A stretch of 63,176 nt of DNA, filler included, from 3 parts of 3 records of this genome joined end to end with filler, not necessarily neighbours in it; one strand, 5' to 3'; shown: positions 24,201-28,081, counted from the first letter of the whole stretch. Notes: generated by a model not told the origin, from the sequence alone. A program made the numbers and translations.

Positions 24201-26313
24201 TGTCAGTGCTGGCAAAAACGCCGTCCGCCTTGAAATAGCGCATGCTGCCGGCAGCCCAACCAATAGCTGCTGCGGCAGAATTTGCAACACCGCCGTCACT
24301 GAATATGCGGCGGCAATCGCTGGCGCCAGTGCACCGCGCGACAACAAAAATCGTTCCAGCCCCATTGGCGAGCTCGGGAAATTCAATGGAACCACTTTCG
24401 CCAATCTGGAGGACTTCACCTGCAACCTGAATGTCGTCAAGCTGAGTCACGGTCGCAGAATCTGCAAATTTGCCACTGGTGTCGAGCCATGCCGCGCCGC
24501 CGCGGAAGGAGGCGGGACGGTATCGCGCGAGCATCTTGTGCGGCGATGGCGCGAAAAAGGAAGGGACTTTCCATCCCATGCGGTAGATTTGTCGAGCAAT
24601 GTCGCCATACAGATCGCGCTCGTCAGGGTCGTCAGACTGGGTGACGTCACAGGATGGGTTTACCTGCCAACACGATGGCGTACCCTCGTCGACGTACTCA
24701 AAAATTGTGCACTCGAAGGCAGAAGCGCACAGTGCAGCGCACATGTCGACGCTACTCAGCGTGTAGGACACAGAGAACTCTGTTGAACGGCAAGCCTTTT
24801 GGTCCTTCATTTCTGTGGTGAGCGAGGCCGAGTAAGCAACCTCGCTTCGGATGTAAGTCCGTGGGTCGATCTCACTGGCTGAGAACACAACTTGCGAAGG
24901 TTCGCAAGCAGACACTTCGCCGTCGGAGCGATAGTCAAACGACAGCCGGTAGTCAGCGCCAGGAGACACGTAGACTTGTTTCCGGAGGTCCAACACAGCA
25001 GGCGTGCCGTCGGCTGCCTCAACAGAGACCATGTCGTGGTCGAATCCAGTCGTTTGGCTGATGTCAAACGCAGGCACGTTCCCACCGAATGTAACAAACG
25101 TTCGCGGGATGCCCACGCTATCAAATGAGTATTCCACTGCCCCCGCGCTGTTCGTGGAGGCATCCTCCGGTGCCCATCGTTCTTCCATGATACCGCGACC
25201 ACTGAGCCGCAAGCAGTTGTTGCCGGTCGAGGCGCCGACGCAACCGCGTGGCTCAAACACCAGCTTTTTCTTGCCCATGGAAATCGTATCGTCCGGGCCG
25301 GTGCGGCAAGTGAGCTGCGTCGGCGTAGCAGTCAAGATCTCGCATTCAATCCCATTTGCCAACACGTGATTGTTACTCAGAGCACGATCATCAAATCCGC
25401 TACCGGATATGGTGAGCACAACGCCACCATTCAGGGATCCAGCGGAGGGACTCACGGACGCAATTTCAGGATAGGCCTCTACGTTGTACTGCTGACCAAA
25501 GACGTTCGTGCGGAATGCAGAATCAGCAACGGACGATGTACCGTAGATTGTGTTGAATGTAACGTTGTAGAAACCGGCCTGTAGCGCATCCGGGACCCCG
25601 CAGCGGAAGTGGCCCTCGTCGTACATGGCATCCTCAGGTCGCAGAATCGTCTCGTCATTTGCGCGCGGAACGAAGTTGGCTGGGTCGGTCGAATCAATGG
25701 GGTGATAGTTCAGATTTTTTGCGGCGCACGGAGTGCTGTTGAAAATCTCCCCGATCCACACTTGCTTCACAAATGTCTTCTCATCACCCCAGTTCTCACC
25801 CAAAAAGTTCAAGGTCGCGCCGCTCTTGACGGAACTGGGAACGATGTCCTGCAGTTCACCAGAAATGCTATTGTCATACACGTACTCGAACGCTGATGGG
25901 ATATCAACGGCCTCGTTGATGCGCATGCTGCTCTCGACAGTGACAGACGTTTCACCGTCCGCAGGCGAAATAGTCTTTGGTGAGGTGATGCAAATGACAC
26001 GGTCAGCTGTGGTGCAATCGATAGTGCAGCCGCCCCCAAAAAAATTCGTGGGCTTGCACTCGGCGTCATCGATCATCACGATGTTGGCGCCGTTCATGAA
26101 GTCCGTGCTGAAGCCGAATCCGTTGATGGTGAGACGCTGCCCGCCATTTGTTGAGCCAACGGTGGGGTTGATGGACGTGACGCCTGCAACAGTGGCCTTG
26201 GCGAACTCAGTTGGATGGTTGCCACCGATAGTGGTTTCGCCCTCAGCTCGCACATTGCGAACACCAACCACAACGGCCAGTGCCAGTGCACTGGCGAGGG
26301 CGTGGAAGTTCAT
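283..26313 (-). CDS. Giant (~8,676 aa) single-pass type I membrane protein: fibrocystin-L/PKHD1L1-like scaffold (IPT/TIG, PA14-like, 2x G8 + PbH1 beta-helix) with many lectin-like modules, a 19x EGF array, a TM helix and a cytoplasmic CAP-Gly domain
   Basis: Uninterrupted ORF. The ATG at 26313 (GCC-ATG context) gives a signal peptide, MNFHALASALALAVVVGVRNVRA. IPT motifs such as ISSIVPSSGSQGGGNVITIQGHGFS. G8 motifs RWSAVTTWG...GDSVAIG and FWSDDSAW...GEDITIP. GRYAVHYHMVG beta-helix motif. DxDEC...C cbEGF repeats. TM segment AIAVGASVAGVAVVVIVVLVVLVVL followed by RKK. CAP-Gly GFVRYIG...VGVELDDPDGSCDG...RYFDC. Confidence 0.9.
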   Translation of the reverse strand: MNFHALASALALAVVVGVRNVRAEGETTIGGNHPTEFAKATVAGVTSINPTVGSTNGGQRLTINGFGFSTDFMNGANIVMIDDAECKPTNFFGGGCTIDCTTADRVICITSPKTISPADGETSVTVESSMRINEAVDIPSAFEYVYDNSISGELQDIVPSSVKSGATLNFLGENWGDEKTFVKQVWIGEIFNSTPCAAKNLNYHPIDSTDPANFVPRANDETILRPEDAMYDEGHFRCGVPDALQAGFYNVTFNTIYGTSSVADSAFRTNVFGQQYNVEAYPEIASVSPSAGSLNGGVVLTISGSGFDDRALSNNHVLANGIECEILTATPTQLTCRTGPDDTISMGKKKLVFEPRGCVGASTGNNCLRLSGRGIMEERWAPEDASTNSAGAVEYSFDSVGIPRTFVTFGGNVPAFDISQTTGFDHDMVSVEAADGTPAVLDLRKQVYVSPGADYRLSFDYRSDGEVSACEPSQVVFSASEIDPRTYIRSEVAYSASLTTEMKDQKACRSTEFSVSYTLSSVDMCAALCASAFECTIFEYVDEGTPSCWQVNPSCDVTQSDDPDERDLYGDIARQIYRMGWKVPSFFAPSPHKMLARYRPASFRGGAAWLDTSGKFADSATVTQLDDIQVAGEVLQIGESGSIEFPELANGAGTIFVVARCTGASDCRRIFSDGGVANSAAAAIGWAAGSMRYFKADGVFASTDTLPADNAFHAIALSRDSAGAVTIFWDGVEVAKDIAFPFDNLRVNGLECEDYAETFAHGATCSQAASNMTICEELFAADAGSGGKSMAEACCACGGGVEFNSDVEIGEVLVYGDTLSDKELALATTYFKFTYQAIEHADREAIVPASSADGAIAANFDGFLQARALTDRLCFMSSGSFLQLANIAIHEVVDGQIRQHYAYSGPAMQDIAAALSFNGAAAQGHEMSFHVKHQRVVDVEDGVSVDILNGGFEPLEPSARMYTGALRVPANGTYTINAVGDLPHVITVSGDVSAAFGVGNVNFDYVVEGQAGSSNTFTARANDLLLVNVIYWQDLEGATLTVSLVANELTSLSSWLYLPLPTASGCLSTSPSGSRAVYGTCTSGYAAQNWAFDEATGAVANGLFHKCLHFNIDTDFLDIVDCDPSDKFQVFEYLQGVIRLPAVGGCLDASEAGFAVLSDCSGALVHSVSASLFVWSDEPVMAEALRLVATTPQVIVSSNNVLGMCEDTDLCTFSPDPELTPVAEMHPSSPTSGQEGTELRLALHKFDLAWMFSNVDAKGKLTDDSEIIAEVRIGGALCDIADLSTNSLRCTLGPTPAGVHKIELRTAVGNAFFVDDAEFTATLAVDSVFPTQGSVLGGTVLTITGHGFGLLGIDNTVTVGGIECLPRLVDNCHCDGIKYEGFVNCDVDYVYGYSSAAERHYGRVFDFSNETVLECVIANGTSGESEMTADIVVTVNNISHTAVDQFSFAESATPTIDGISGAVSSGVPLRLTGTNLNATEITDDNMYMDKWGFYQRVPNVTVWFGEVDYSLIWGSTLCYLGDVTTEDGRGINQYWGVAPNADYDSRTDRPVASGDDFVVCTADDLQVGVYPIHVYVHGKGFARVSIVADVGPVISSIVPSSGSQGGGNVITIQGHGFSQYSSHNSVTVGDRACEIIEANPTNITCRVGRNDGDGDESVDVSVFVDCSNIAFCRQDGTSTPTPGNYTFSSSLGPHINYIVGSPNLTVSESVVPHVAPGETVTISVAGVLYDDDSSSGCLDATTGFCISASVNGYNAALLSVSANEVVLEIPMISYGVAPLVLSHGYYGSSQLFEVLVFPKVQASGIASGVNGGAIANVAGIGLNGYIAVDQTPLSLGCVQNVDLEPETTFGPYFNMTTSDCRDHCTNFQFFGLANGDTCHCYSFGQEFTAVDELNCDAACVGGDTGEFSCGDENGHYVSLWEKCCFPTVSLEPVTNMTRSLNDTFSAASVSKSYSASIWSSSWDISRLFDGDIGTAWLSAEYPTTQIIVGYSAPQVMTGYSLTTDISDCPSDWIISVNVGPVVDANGIAIEDADKDWVIVHTVTGASCSYLATVHYDLPESSPAFNELKFDIRGAATASTYYSSYIGGGWNEGIRLRELEFDLNDHPCVVASSSLHEGAADADLECQLPARPEAEYAWTVQFRNDKVAYYSADFVEYQNARTPSIYLAFNEGSISMPAESPTGLVATGLNSQDSIRLDWSAGATSNDCTFAHWDVQVQSYKWNFDIERFEYGVFSTPEGCTAHELTDRSSTSCIATGLHSGASYTFFVAEVCTNPGANSFPAFSSGAEAALTAATPAGRPSAVTFTSSSETACDDLTSDQGSGIYQDGAGRSFFCNNEFSRGRWTMIMKMDGHDTAFSYSSDAWTTTNTVNGHDLSENVEQHRGDAKYWPYNEVAFTEYAARFVGFTYGPANWQVQVDSQNAIDFFSSEQTFSGPYAFNEDYFNGKYNYYQTGVGYFATNFQADSQIFNVRWGFTFNNEEQTSSVDTVSGLGVSGAKSQYSVSCGTVRVYSGTFGNTQTEFPQIGRATRYPVIVYGRAHQNASMYVNSVGRDGKVVIEWEAGDRNDCQHAAWRVTGVEIDGSGNALSEPIAMCPEIPSETATRCRTKVSLNTSQLWEFQVQQTCTNVDANSVAGKFAAEYDVVAGSFSFYADASSLGWDAETVARGIRRTIAQLTDSAESSIVNLDISGLETLPVPPPTVPRVAVDLQNSSTWFSRGSTRCGTVGDKVTADAATCEALCLSSHHAGVQESCSAFAHDGDADCRICYDCGYSDCESAHYHPDFTVTYLPIEFVSIGRGFCRNVDGASASELEWVASCVDTEEECSAACDGTCQGYSFASDPLSDVCLPAPCVDAVDDWQDVNGHSCEDYHQYGWFGRLRNYDLVPQGGKVADEVCCKAAPDFRENTYGRCVRYFSDSLAIEGTSTSGSSPYSCNVRASCSDEVQNYDELGVDCGGSRCGSASAVCEYIEISEGVCEDFGPYEAIVSLAECEAAAEHVGYSLEANVSTSQNYEYTSAPFGCYYFTNNADGSNKFLRLRQQVSLTNTAGYSENANGYVNYHSICKASSARRFLGLDMFSVSASFEVLVAAGHGPAVAAGYVESFGAFSTIEPSTTTTFGGDCENFLDVDNGDDNYCNILIEGGADCGAAEIADGCAVTCGRCLPASRRRLATFSATDSAAVSTAAPIHSTAPAITTTSTTTTTAAPTPPPTTTVPPLNTTVSVAANTLAGEIGVSAWESRLEVSGEATFSQTESVRYPVTTDAARTSVAAVGDTTGDSVATAAEMVVTTASAGRRQLATTAQVIVDVALASSSKDCDVHGFTLIDHHSSLSGNVNQGSIHAISPVVLCAKLADVGASTFVTGLHLSGSIISNAVQCEGDAEPIQLLNMTNPNFNAVTSGSGTAISLCVSYGSDSDVPVTSLYLSDESACPSEFSGRGLRGGLGATQMYLDGNLNQNTLLGTEMYLCVSNTAQSRTLAGGVDTTLVLVGTNFADSGNLVRIGDVACSVSFESETEIRCDVPAGIGHGEIQLTTPGFGHADHTFVDPTNLAARAKVFGPKENTVDTYDAAGSVVGSDTAVTLISGDIEGELQKLTDTVGYSNSYYCTQWHTSSFTTATSAHVVVELGSVEEIHTIQIAAWNGYEAHLSGFKVFVSEEAPGSEIGGNTGTFENESGMTECGTDVEHTEFVSNDLLEVSCGGGAVGKFITLVVPGYQYLYICEVSAFGREWGTRDGPSAFEFKTAVAAVNGADCFPGEACVELGLEGGVDLALVGEGFGEAEAYSIRVVDFLGQSVCEVTGHAPGSINCTSSRRPRPTDFTCQDGLSWSGGTVSTVSGVMSLVDCQNACDGVASCNSLSWDTGLSTCSLFAPSQNTNTNPGYSLVAVPDSTVYCEYDSLTFDEVAVEISSKATGDIVAVTVFGVAWNNENVAVVQGIDVSGSLGESPASCAGLGWPVSKTSPACGQITSLTHVDFASAQSNCSSVGADVCSVHQITDGVLVNDDLAGAVVWTRTVCADGLLTVDTDTGTEGCLSADDAATAVAACCVSSLATGPGAIAGSKVTITLSDNADTDATHYSVAIGHANCPVTSVTSVGDAVEVVCDSPQLARGHYNVFTTSTSQGTALGPKPGYMLPVFSSLGNVTSVSPSSGSLAGGRIVTVSGWGFSNTTKVTVGSTPCAVETSSYDEIVCTTGPSKAGEYVADVQVFNSVTGRPKLMLSSGSDESYSRVYYNDPRTGEEVDLLFTVSDGLSVATLDLDFFGLSNAMRTFETGTSAAEADEMAAFLSALGPNELALIVSRGDWYWSVTEALATQLITCGASVAILDNLNDANHGFDSLNDYRLAHAGVCSTEVPDRLSTTSIFYTTPSFLGEDTIGSGSTTAPGVFFAVDDAQDQLTVEVDPNIWFTSPIGAQGVFEYSAALTPVVTSFTPDISSTAGGAKIVIVGTDFGADPVVTIGGTICAYNTADIGEYRGINLCDWGTNEQFGVDCTGLGASDTEITCLTNPIAVEDRPLLNTDLHVQVAGKGYARCEDKFTYGDRWSAVTTWGYDDPPQQGDSVAIGETDVVLYNMNSPSLHLLIVQGSLIFLDELDLELNATYIMVKGNEDGSRLAKFQVGTADQPFLHRATITLEGNRRIHEIPIYGAKVLGVRHAELDLHGTDRNVTWTRLTASAPKGATFIDLQDATDWVVGDEIVIAPTDYFYNEAEYRTIGKVTHDGSRIHLTEALYYDHWGAGYTVIAPGTPHDGLEMPEMSAEVGLLTRNVVVRGDDQTTDIQFGATIFMHSAGDQTLFGRLSNVEVRDAGQGFFLGRYAVHYHMVGSVEGSYVKKCAIHHSFNRAVAVHGVSDVLLENNVVYDIRGQTFFLEDGVEMGNVIQGNLAVLTQPLFSLLTVDQTPASYWVVNPGNYLRNNVAAGSSHFGFWYRPLDHPDGLSETSLYCPDEVPLGAFSNNIGHSTGMYGLKLQDMTPRLDGFYCKSVTPVQAIFDGFLGWKQSMAGMWMSCTDGDVCDTLSHVTLENFRFLDSRNAAFEYWAYGDGMVISNALTVGITPNNATLHTKFFNVMSFEGRADSYASSLANNSVGNALQQNCRWTVPDVVGDARLKACDGNQTGRGWTTTHKALVNRSVAGHCDANLVCIASSDWEVQYLIDTFGSNATARTTFACVGMETGTACAYDREEFTDVAWMTMDLKSGIDLSYMKLWNYNDADHPGNGAAEVEIYFGWADANEPGRPFNAEGYSEEFITATMPAGPGDDNYTDAVEIDLYGRHARFIAVKLTESFDSEAGNCPNSPYVPGSSQPATCGSNLVGIRHIEFFRLTNKFQTTGMDEENPAGILISGNKGGMVVENFTAVNFATAVGCCTWSDHGRSSHHIVMSGMSVFNVDHRVGGFNKFGEAHRAIIKDLDGSVSGAGIKVDIVGSSPIREADPACMGPSDLSGLGDVAACTHEFQRVVFGHSVLHEQGHMLQIRDMETNVTDPWYMTGICQNPQNFWTTVMPVGKEMGIKFKWEDATLTEAEELAQEVRYTMGDNGPGDSFPVPVGPDAAPLFLTLEYTNFPDDTGAAQINHIKSATADICDIGLALAEGEVVDCAWEGVNPITCEEALGCCYDGAATHIVPSGCYARVPRSSSYGAAVHDGAYDISEEKYPKSGTGVAAFNGAEAEASIVTGDVALGADWSVDFWVRMGGRDHGAETHVASLHGGASTINFVSQAQHHFCPAEDLYSEIFSGDYVDTSCTADDCSDALIWNPLSQPKACTQPYSGGELRVDLVNDGADPIQNAVTIDVLAFDDVYTGRGASLVGVIADQCHGLTFDGVNDSYSCVMFDSFTAETDEVEYRVKASNFQSLPGQYVATVLVNADSQLDATETDAVPVLAIELYTSAGLAATITTSQTLSDLVEAGAWQTVSLEFEITSEDYTDCVLSVLDGTQIFFGTVNVTGMKLDYIYEPTSSFVAPPLPIGQWVHVVAAYDSSNEKLDVFYNSLPQPNLVERPSPFVAPLDTVVTARVGGAGSTVVAWELMATAMELDDFRVHSRHLNAENAAAAWRQQIPATHSNVELMLQFESLTAVTPPDQIGACEGEMAVDYMGYDLMEVANVADAAECCDMCTNFFGCMLWTYDTLSADCNLKMLDAFDNRVTSDYKISGKRATAARTVLNRECVDIDDCFTCMSAIDAGAFSGEECTPVVGDEVVCMAETQAAALHVELDAKCRSKVDSVSQLLTIPPARWVRIFRETALEPVMQAEYMQNNPKRDAFADVALLEEGGRNSDRSYMLKMVYVDREGAPANVWTQLNNPATTSKVEGFTPIALQVSESFWGLARCASFMCSDPSNPDEAQRVGNATEAVELYVAFVADGLAMAEMDASSRQVAVNVTNIKNSISGGLDQIYFGSAMNGPQDQHLRFIPFNNDTVNDIGSTGAWATLSAFRDTHSVIGPADKCPREGCPASGEWEPFVNPSVFFWSDDSAWQQNNYHHGVPVDGEDITIPSKWHVILDVETANLASLSVKGTFEFWNPVPNCTIADDADDELDASVCSDGTNRFSCEAISGCQWFLAKPALNVGVLNVYGGAIRAGNASHPYLNDATINMLGADGAVEVTNEFGETELLDVDTTGDQVINVHGDLHLFGKDTAESWLYLGANSFIGDTSITLESPVSWEVGDDILLANGNSPDVACWEKDTFEIRTITEVSEDRKVVSFNEPLEYNRVGEAQTITSEFNSSHVEFVDLRVAVGLLSHNVRIVSQLQTLGRKYGVTIVVGPTEIDNSHVTGRTRDWYIEGRGFFRYAHASVKLTNVEIRRWGKRNVEPLFVESSMTMCTNPTRDPGCPVKELYIADPIEVSNCSFRGGLAGGEVGPIDGLEGLSAHTWKHNVAHTMWAWKYEGRQVGDVVHNMGVDQDVKDFDLLEPEGIFNFLQMTSGAKIQDNYAAGSTNFGFLFAGKTGRNVDRNTGTCSLFGFSYQNTAHVYNDVAWGNNVGAFFNFFAEPTFDGTVFAANNLAVQFAADSKCERAQRVTPDWHYENTGTGDMSRVPTVRSIKNTLVLGNLYPSDVSAGLEKHRAREGFHAARIDATGIVFGRMGNSGSSMVTTMGDYPGGCFPAYFENTRYLDQASLDATKMRYEEEPGILGYTLCGKFRCDFWSRCYVEDIDGTLTYGGASDGDMVTFIPDQQTWYPTVASACQSANPQQQQGCFWWMKDQPRIYDHAVWNPNEQGILQDNDGFDWNGDQCSSNSDLTENGIICGSGMDYVDVWLIDLFDGGSNAERRVGPLGVTVVGDKIGLLDDDEGPFATDILNGLAEPLGTELTATGVQNIFRTIMQNSMQYRLDFTGTAPEEMAIHAPWIKEGQSVVLRIFLSTPFMVNLHGHGGETLFEEAYKDTVYPGRPHGTWFYDRISKMLLVTVSASTPLYMIQTEMIRVSLTVAVTVEQFFEDDIFVENMASVLLINPERIKTTNIVPGQGQADRRRLSNGSGWNVTDESDLQFEIAAPNQCADVVCHNFGVCVKGTCRCQIGSSGEFCQFLDEKGTFYVLDPANESRVILNYNYSNITTLVPSTMLMSTAAPTTTSDPEEESWKTSFLDGFVGSAGNGTMDVGYPIKPDSVATTKFSQPVFNVSAGEGPSDDPNAEQSSSVEYVQPVFICGNGQRTTDEECDDGNNEDGDGCSNCQIDFGYECVFNFIGRTSICDVIDNCKFGFCENGATCVNSIGDYSCTCVDGFENKNCSADVNECSTGTHSCDANARCTNSFGNFSCRCRDGYTGDGETCVDIDECQVGFITEGEATCFNGRPCSTPVVNDFSCDCGGGLYGKRCGSQVDFCATNGGMGSCNITTTSDCDSACRSAGDCWQQCTCLPGFEGDDCSVDIDECAENPCLNGGACIDLVGNFSCDCENTGFEGATCEVNVDDCADNACMHGTCVDAVLGYTCDCIEEYQGEYCSDDVDECAFGVFDGYPCHLYLAHCNNTNGGYECACNVGYEGDGVVCSEIDECAADPCQNGGNCTDLFNNFTCACPNQWEGAICDQDVDECFEDAPCHQNATCTNHNGSFACECLDGFAGDGFECSEIDECSVEPCQNGGVCFDSINSYSCNCPANFTGSDCDLDVDECLASPCSPDANCTNTIGSFYCMCHPGFEGDGFTCSDIDDCASNPCYGDATCTDLLLGYECACDETKFSGETCAEDVDECTGTSFDCPENATCINAYGGYECDCDEGFFNSTADERCESFDECGSDPCLNGGSCSDAHLAFTCACPPQWTGLTCEADVNECSDVTLFSCMQFSTCSNTMGSYECICDDGYELIGGACVEIDECGSSPCEHGGDCADAHLGYTCTCPEAWNGRTCSDDVDECVDDSLFSCTPNSSCNNTFGSYACVCNEGFELVDGLCVNIDDCASNPCLHESSCVDDVSDYVCVCPATYTGRHCENDVDECASVIDVCVENAVCTNDVGSYSCSCIEGYEGDGLVQCNSSEFSDLSQNPDGQLSEQTAIAVGASVAGVAVVVIVVLVVLVVLRKKNQAKTKVQPGHSVEAGPHSRSGDNDVDEEPEKLPKRHKRGGRGVRAEGKHSEKVSPEKLHREERQLQSSQGESVEVLQARVAAQTVEPETPVAVTAKDADGFTMTVGSRVMCDGFKYGFVRYIGPLDELPTDDVYVGVELDDPDGSCDGTVINGGKRYFDCEPLHGVFSRPNFVTLESAVPKDEEGLTASATERV

Positions 26314-26785
26314 GGCACGCGGGAAATACCAGACCCACGTGCTTCCACTGGTCAATGGAACGCAAAGTTAATTCAAAATAGGTTTCCGCTTCGTATTTGT
26401 TGGTTTTTTTTTGTGCTTTCCCTCTTGATTTAGTTGTCAGCAGTTTGTTCTTTGTTTGGTTCCTGTTCTCTCACTCTTTTTATTCTCTGGGTTCTGTGTT
26501 CGAAAGTGAAACACAAGCTGCGCCGTCCACGACACACCACAATGACCCAAAACCCCGAAAACACGGAAGCAGAAAGCAAGGGCATTTCACATGTCAGGCC
26601 GATCCACTTTGACGTCGTCTTGAACGTCCACGCACCCTCGCTATCCACCTCGGCTCCCGCCAGTTGCCCCCCTACAAGACGCTTTCAACCACTGCATTTG
26701 ACTCTGGAAGCTGTTCAGGTGGCCGCCAAGTACAGCGCCTTCGGAGCCAGACCAGCATGCTGGCTGCTCACGAGTAACAACAGCG

Positions 26786-26806
26786 CAGCAGCTGCAGCAG
26801 CAGCAG
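26786..26806. repeat. Short imperfect (CAG)n tract upstream of the giant gene
   Basis: cagcagctgcagcagcagcag. Confidence 0.6.
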
Positions 26807-26915
26807 TAATGACAACAGCACACTCACGCACATGCCCACGCTAGCGCGTAGGCACACGCCTTCTCTTCACAAAGAAAGAACAGCACTGGACTCAAGATGC
26901 CGGCCTCCAAGCTCC

Positions 26916-26975
26916 AGAGAGAGAGAGGGAGAGAGAGTGCGTGCGCTCGCGAGAGAGAGAGAGAGAGAGAGAGAG
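26916..26975. repeat. (GA)n microsatellite at the contig end
   Basis: Interrupted AG/GA dinucleotide run ending in a pure (GA)n at 26951-26975, directly against the N linker. Typical of a eukaryotic assembly break. Confidence 0.9.
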
Positions 26976-27075
26976 NNNNNNNNNNNNNNNNNNNNNNNNN
27001 NNNNNNNNNNNNNNNNNNNTTAATTAATTAANNNNNNNNNNNNNNNNNNNNNNNNNNNNNNNNNNNNNNNNNNNN
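26976..27075. other. Artificial contig linker
   Basis: 44 N + TTAATTAATTAA (stops in all six frames) + 44 N; identical to the second linker. Confidence 0.97.
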
Positions 27076-27247
27076 GAAGCTGGCGATTGAGGCTGGGCTG
27101 ACCGCTGGACATGACCTGCATCTGTCGCACCTCGAAGGCGCAGCCCCGCGCCGCATCGTTCTGGCATGGCGCAAGAGCAGCGCCCAGTCCCAGGTTTTTC
27201 GAAAGATCGGCGAAAGCCTGCGCCAAATCAATAGGGGCAATGGGTGA
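27076..27247 (+). CDS. 3' end (partial) of a LysR-family regulator, OxyR-like
   Basis: The frame from 27077 reads KLAIEAGLTAGHDLHLSHLEGAAPRRIVLAWRKSSAQSQVFRKIGESLRQINRGNG*. RxIxLAWRKSS is typical of the OxyR-like LysR C-terminus. Truncated by the contig edge. Confidence 0.65.
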
Positions 27248-27256
27248 CATTTCGGG

Positions 27257-27410
27257 ATGACCCTGGGGCACGTGCTTTTCCAAAGAGAACTCGTAGAACA
27301 GCACCGCTTGCGCCTCCTGCTTCGGTCCCATCATGGCCAATCCTCCCGTCGTAGTGAGAATTGAATCAGCAGTTCATTAGTTAATCACGCACGAGTTTTT
27401 CAACACAATC
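27257..27410 (-). mobile_element. IS1182-family remnant (left end plus ~26 codons of transposase)
   Basis: Terminal sequence GATTGTGTTGAAAAACTC (27393-27410, minus), RBS GGGAGGA, ATG at 27334. MMGPKQEAQAVLFYEFSLEKHVPQGH resembles Rhodobacterales IS1182-type transposase N-termini; similarity is lost after that. Confidence 0.7.
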
Positions 27411-27793
27411 GTCCGCGACCTATCCGTCCATCAGGAGCACAACGAGCGGTCAGTTTGGACTTCGCAAATTTCGGCGTCCTTTAATGTCCGCAAAGGGAAA
27501 ATGTGCTGCTCTGCGAAATACCCTTTGCTGCGACTGCAACGCGATGCTGCATCAGCGAAGTGCGAAAAACCAAAGTCGGGAAAGTCCGCACAGCCGAGAT
27601 CGTCTCTTTTGGAAGCTAAGGTCCGGTCTGGACTGCGCTTTCTACCGATTGATGCGACATATGCGTTAAAGACGGTGCGCAGCCTTGTTGGGATTTCGCA
27701 GTTCGGGTTGCGCATATGCAAAAGCCGCGCCTGAAGTGGCACGGCTTTTATGTGTTCACACGCGTTTGGATCACCAATGTGTCCGCCTCGTCA

Positions 27794-28081
27794 TCAGGTT
27801 TCAATGTCGCCCAACGTCAGGCCTTCCAGCTTCGCAACAAAATCGTGCATGAACTCATTGCTCCAACCTTTGTTCTTGGTGATCGCGAAGGAATAGAGCA
27901 AGAACGGATGCGCGCCCAACTGAAACAGCGCCCGAATGTCTTGGTCGATCAATGCGCCGCGTTCAGCAGGGTCCAGCTCAAACCCCTGAACGCTGGTCGC
28001 AGGGTCTTGAAAGAAGGCAGCGCCAAACTCTGGATTTTTGGCTGCTTTCCAAAGCACTTTATCGACAGCATATCGGGTCAT
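27794..28081 (-). CDS. LigA-like small subunit of a class III extradiol (LigAB-type) dioxygenase
   Basis: 95 aa, motif F.LD.AER.AL...D.RAL..LGAHPFLL; 4-nt overlap with the upstream LigB-like gene. Confidence 0.75.
   Translation of the reverse strand: MTRYAVDKVLWKAAKNPEFGAAFFQDPATSVQGFELDPAERGALIDQDIRALFQLGAHPFLLYSFAITKNKGWSNEFMHDFVAKLEGLTLGDIET

Noticed and set aside
26314-26355. ORF-track start at 26355
   Set aside because: It is a TTG. The ATG at 26313 has a GCC context and begins the signal peptide.
283-26433. Many short ORFs overlapping the giant ORF on both strands
   Set aside because: Shadow frames of a long coding sequence; none has recognisable motifs.
26976-27340. Horizontal transfer or IS-mediated capture of the eukaryote-like gene next to a plasmid; ORFs running through Ns
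   Set aside because: The junction is a synthetic linker, so the adjacency and the X-containing ORFs are artefacts.
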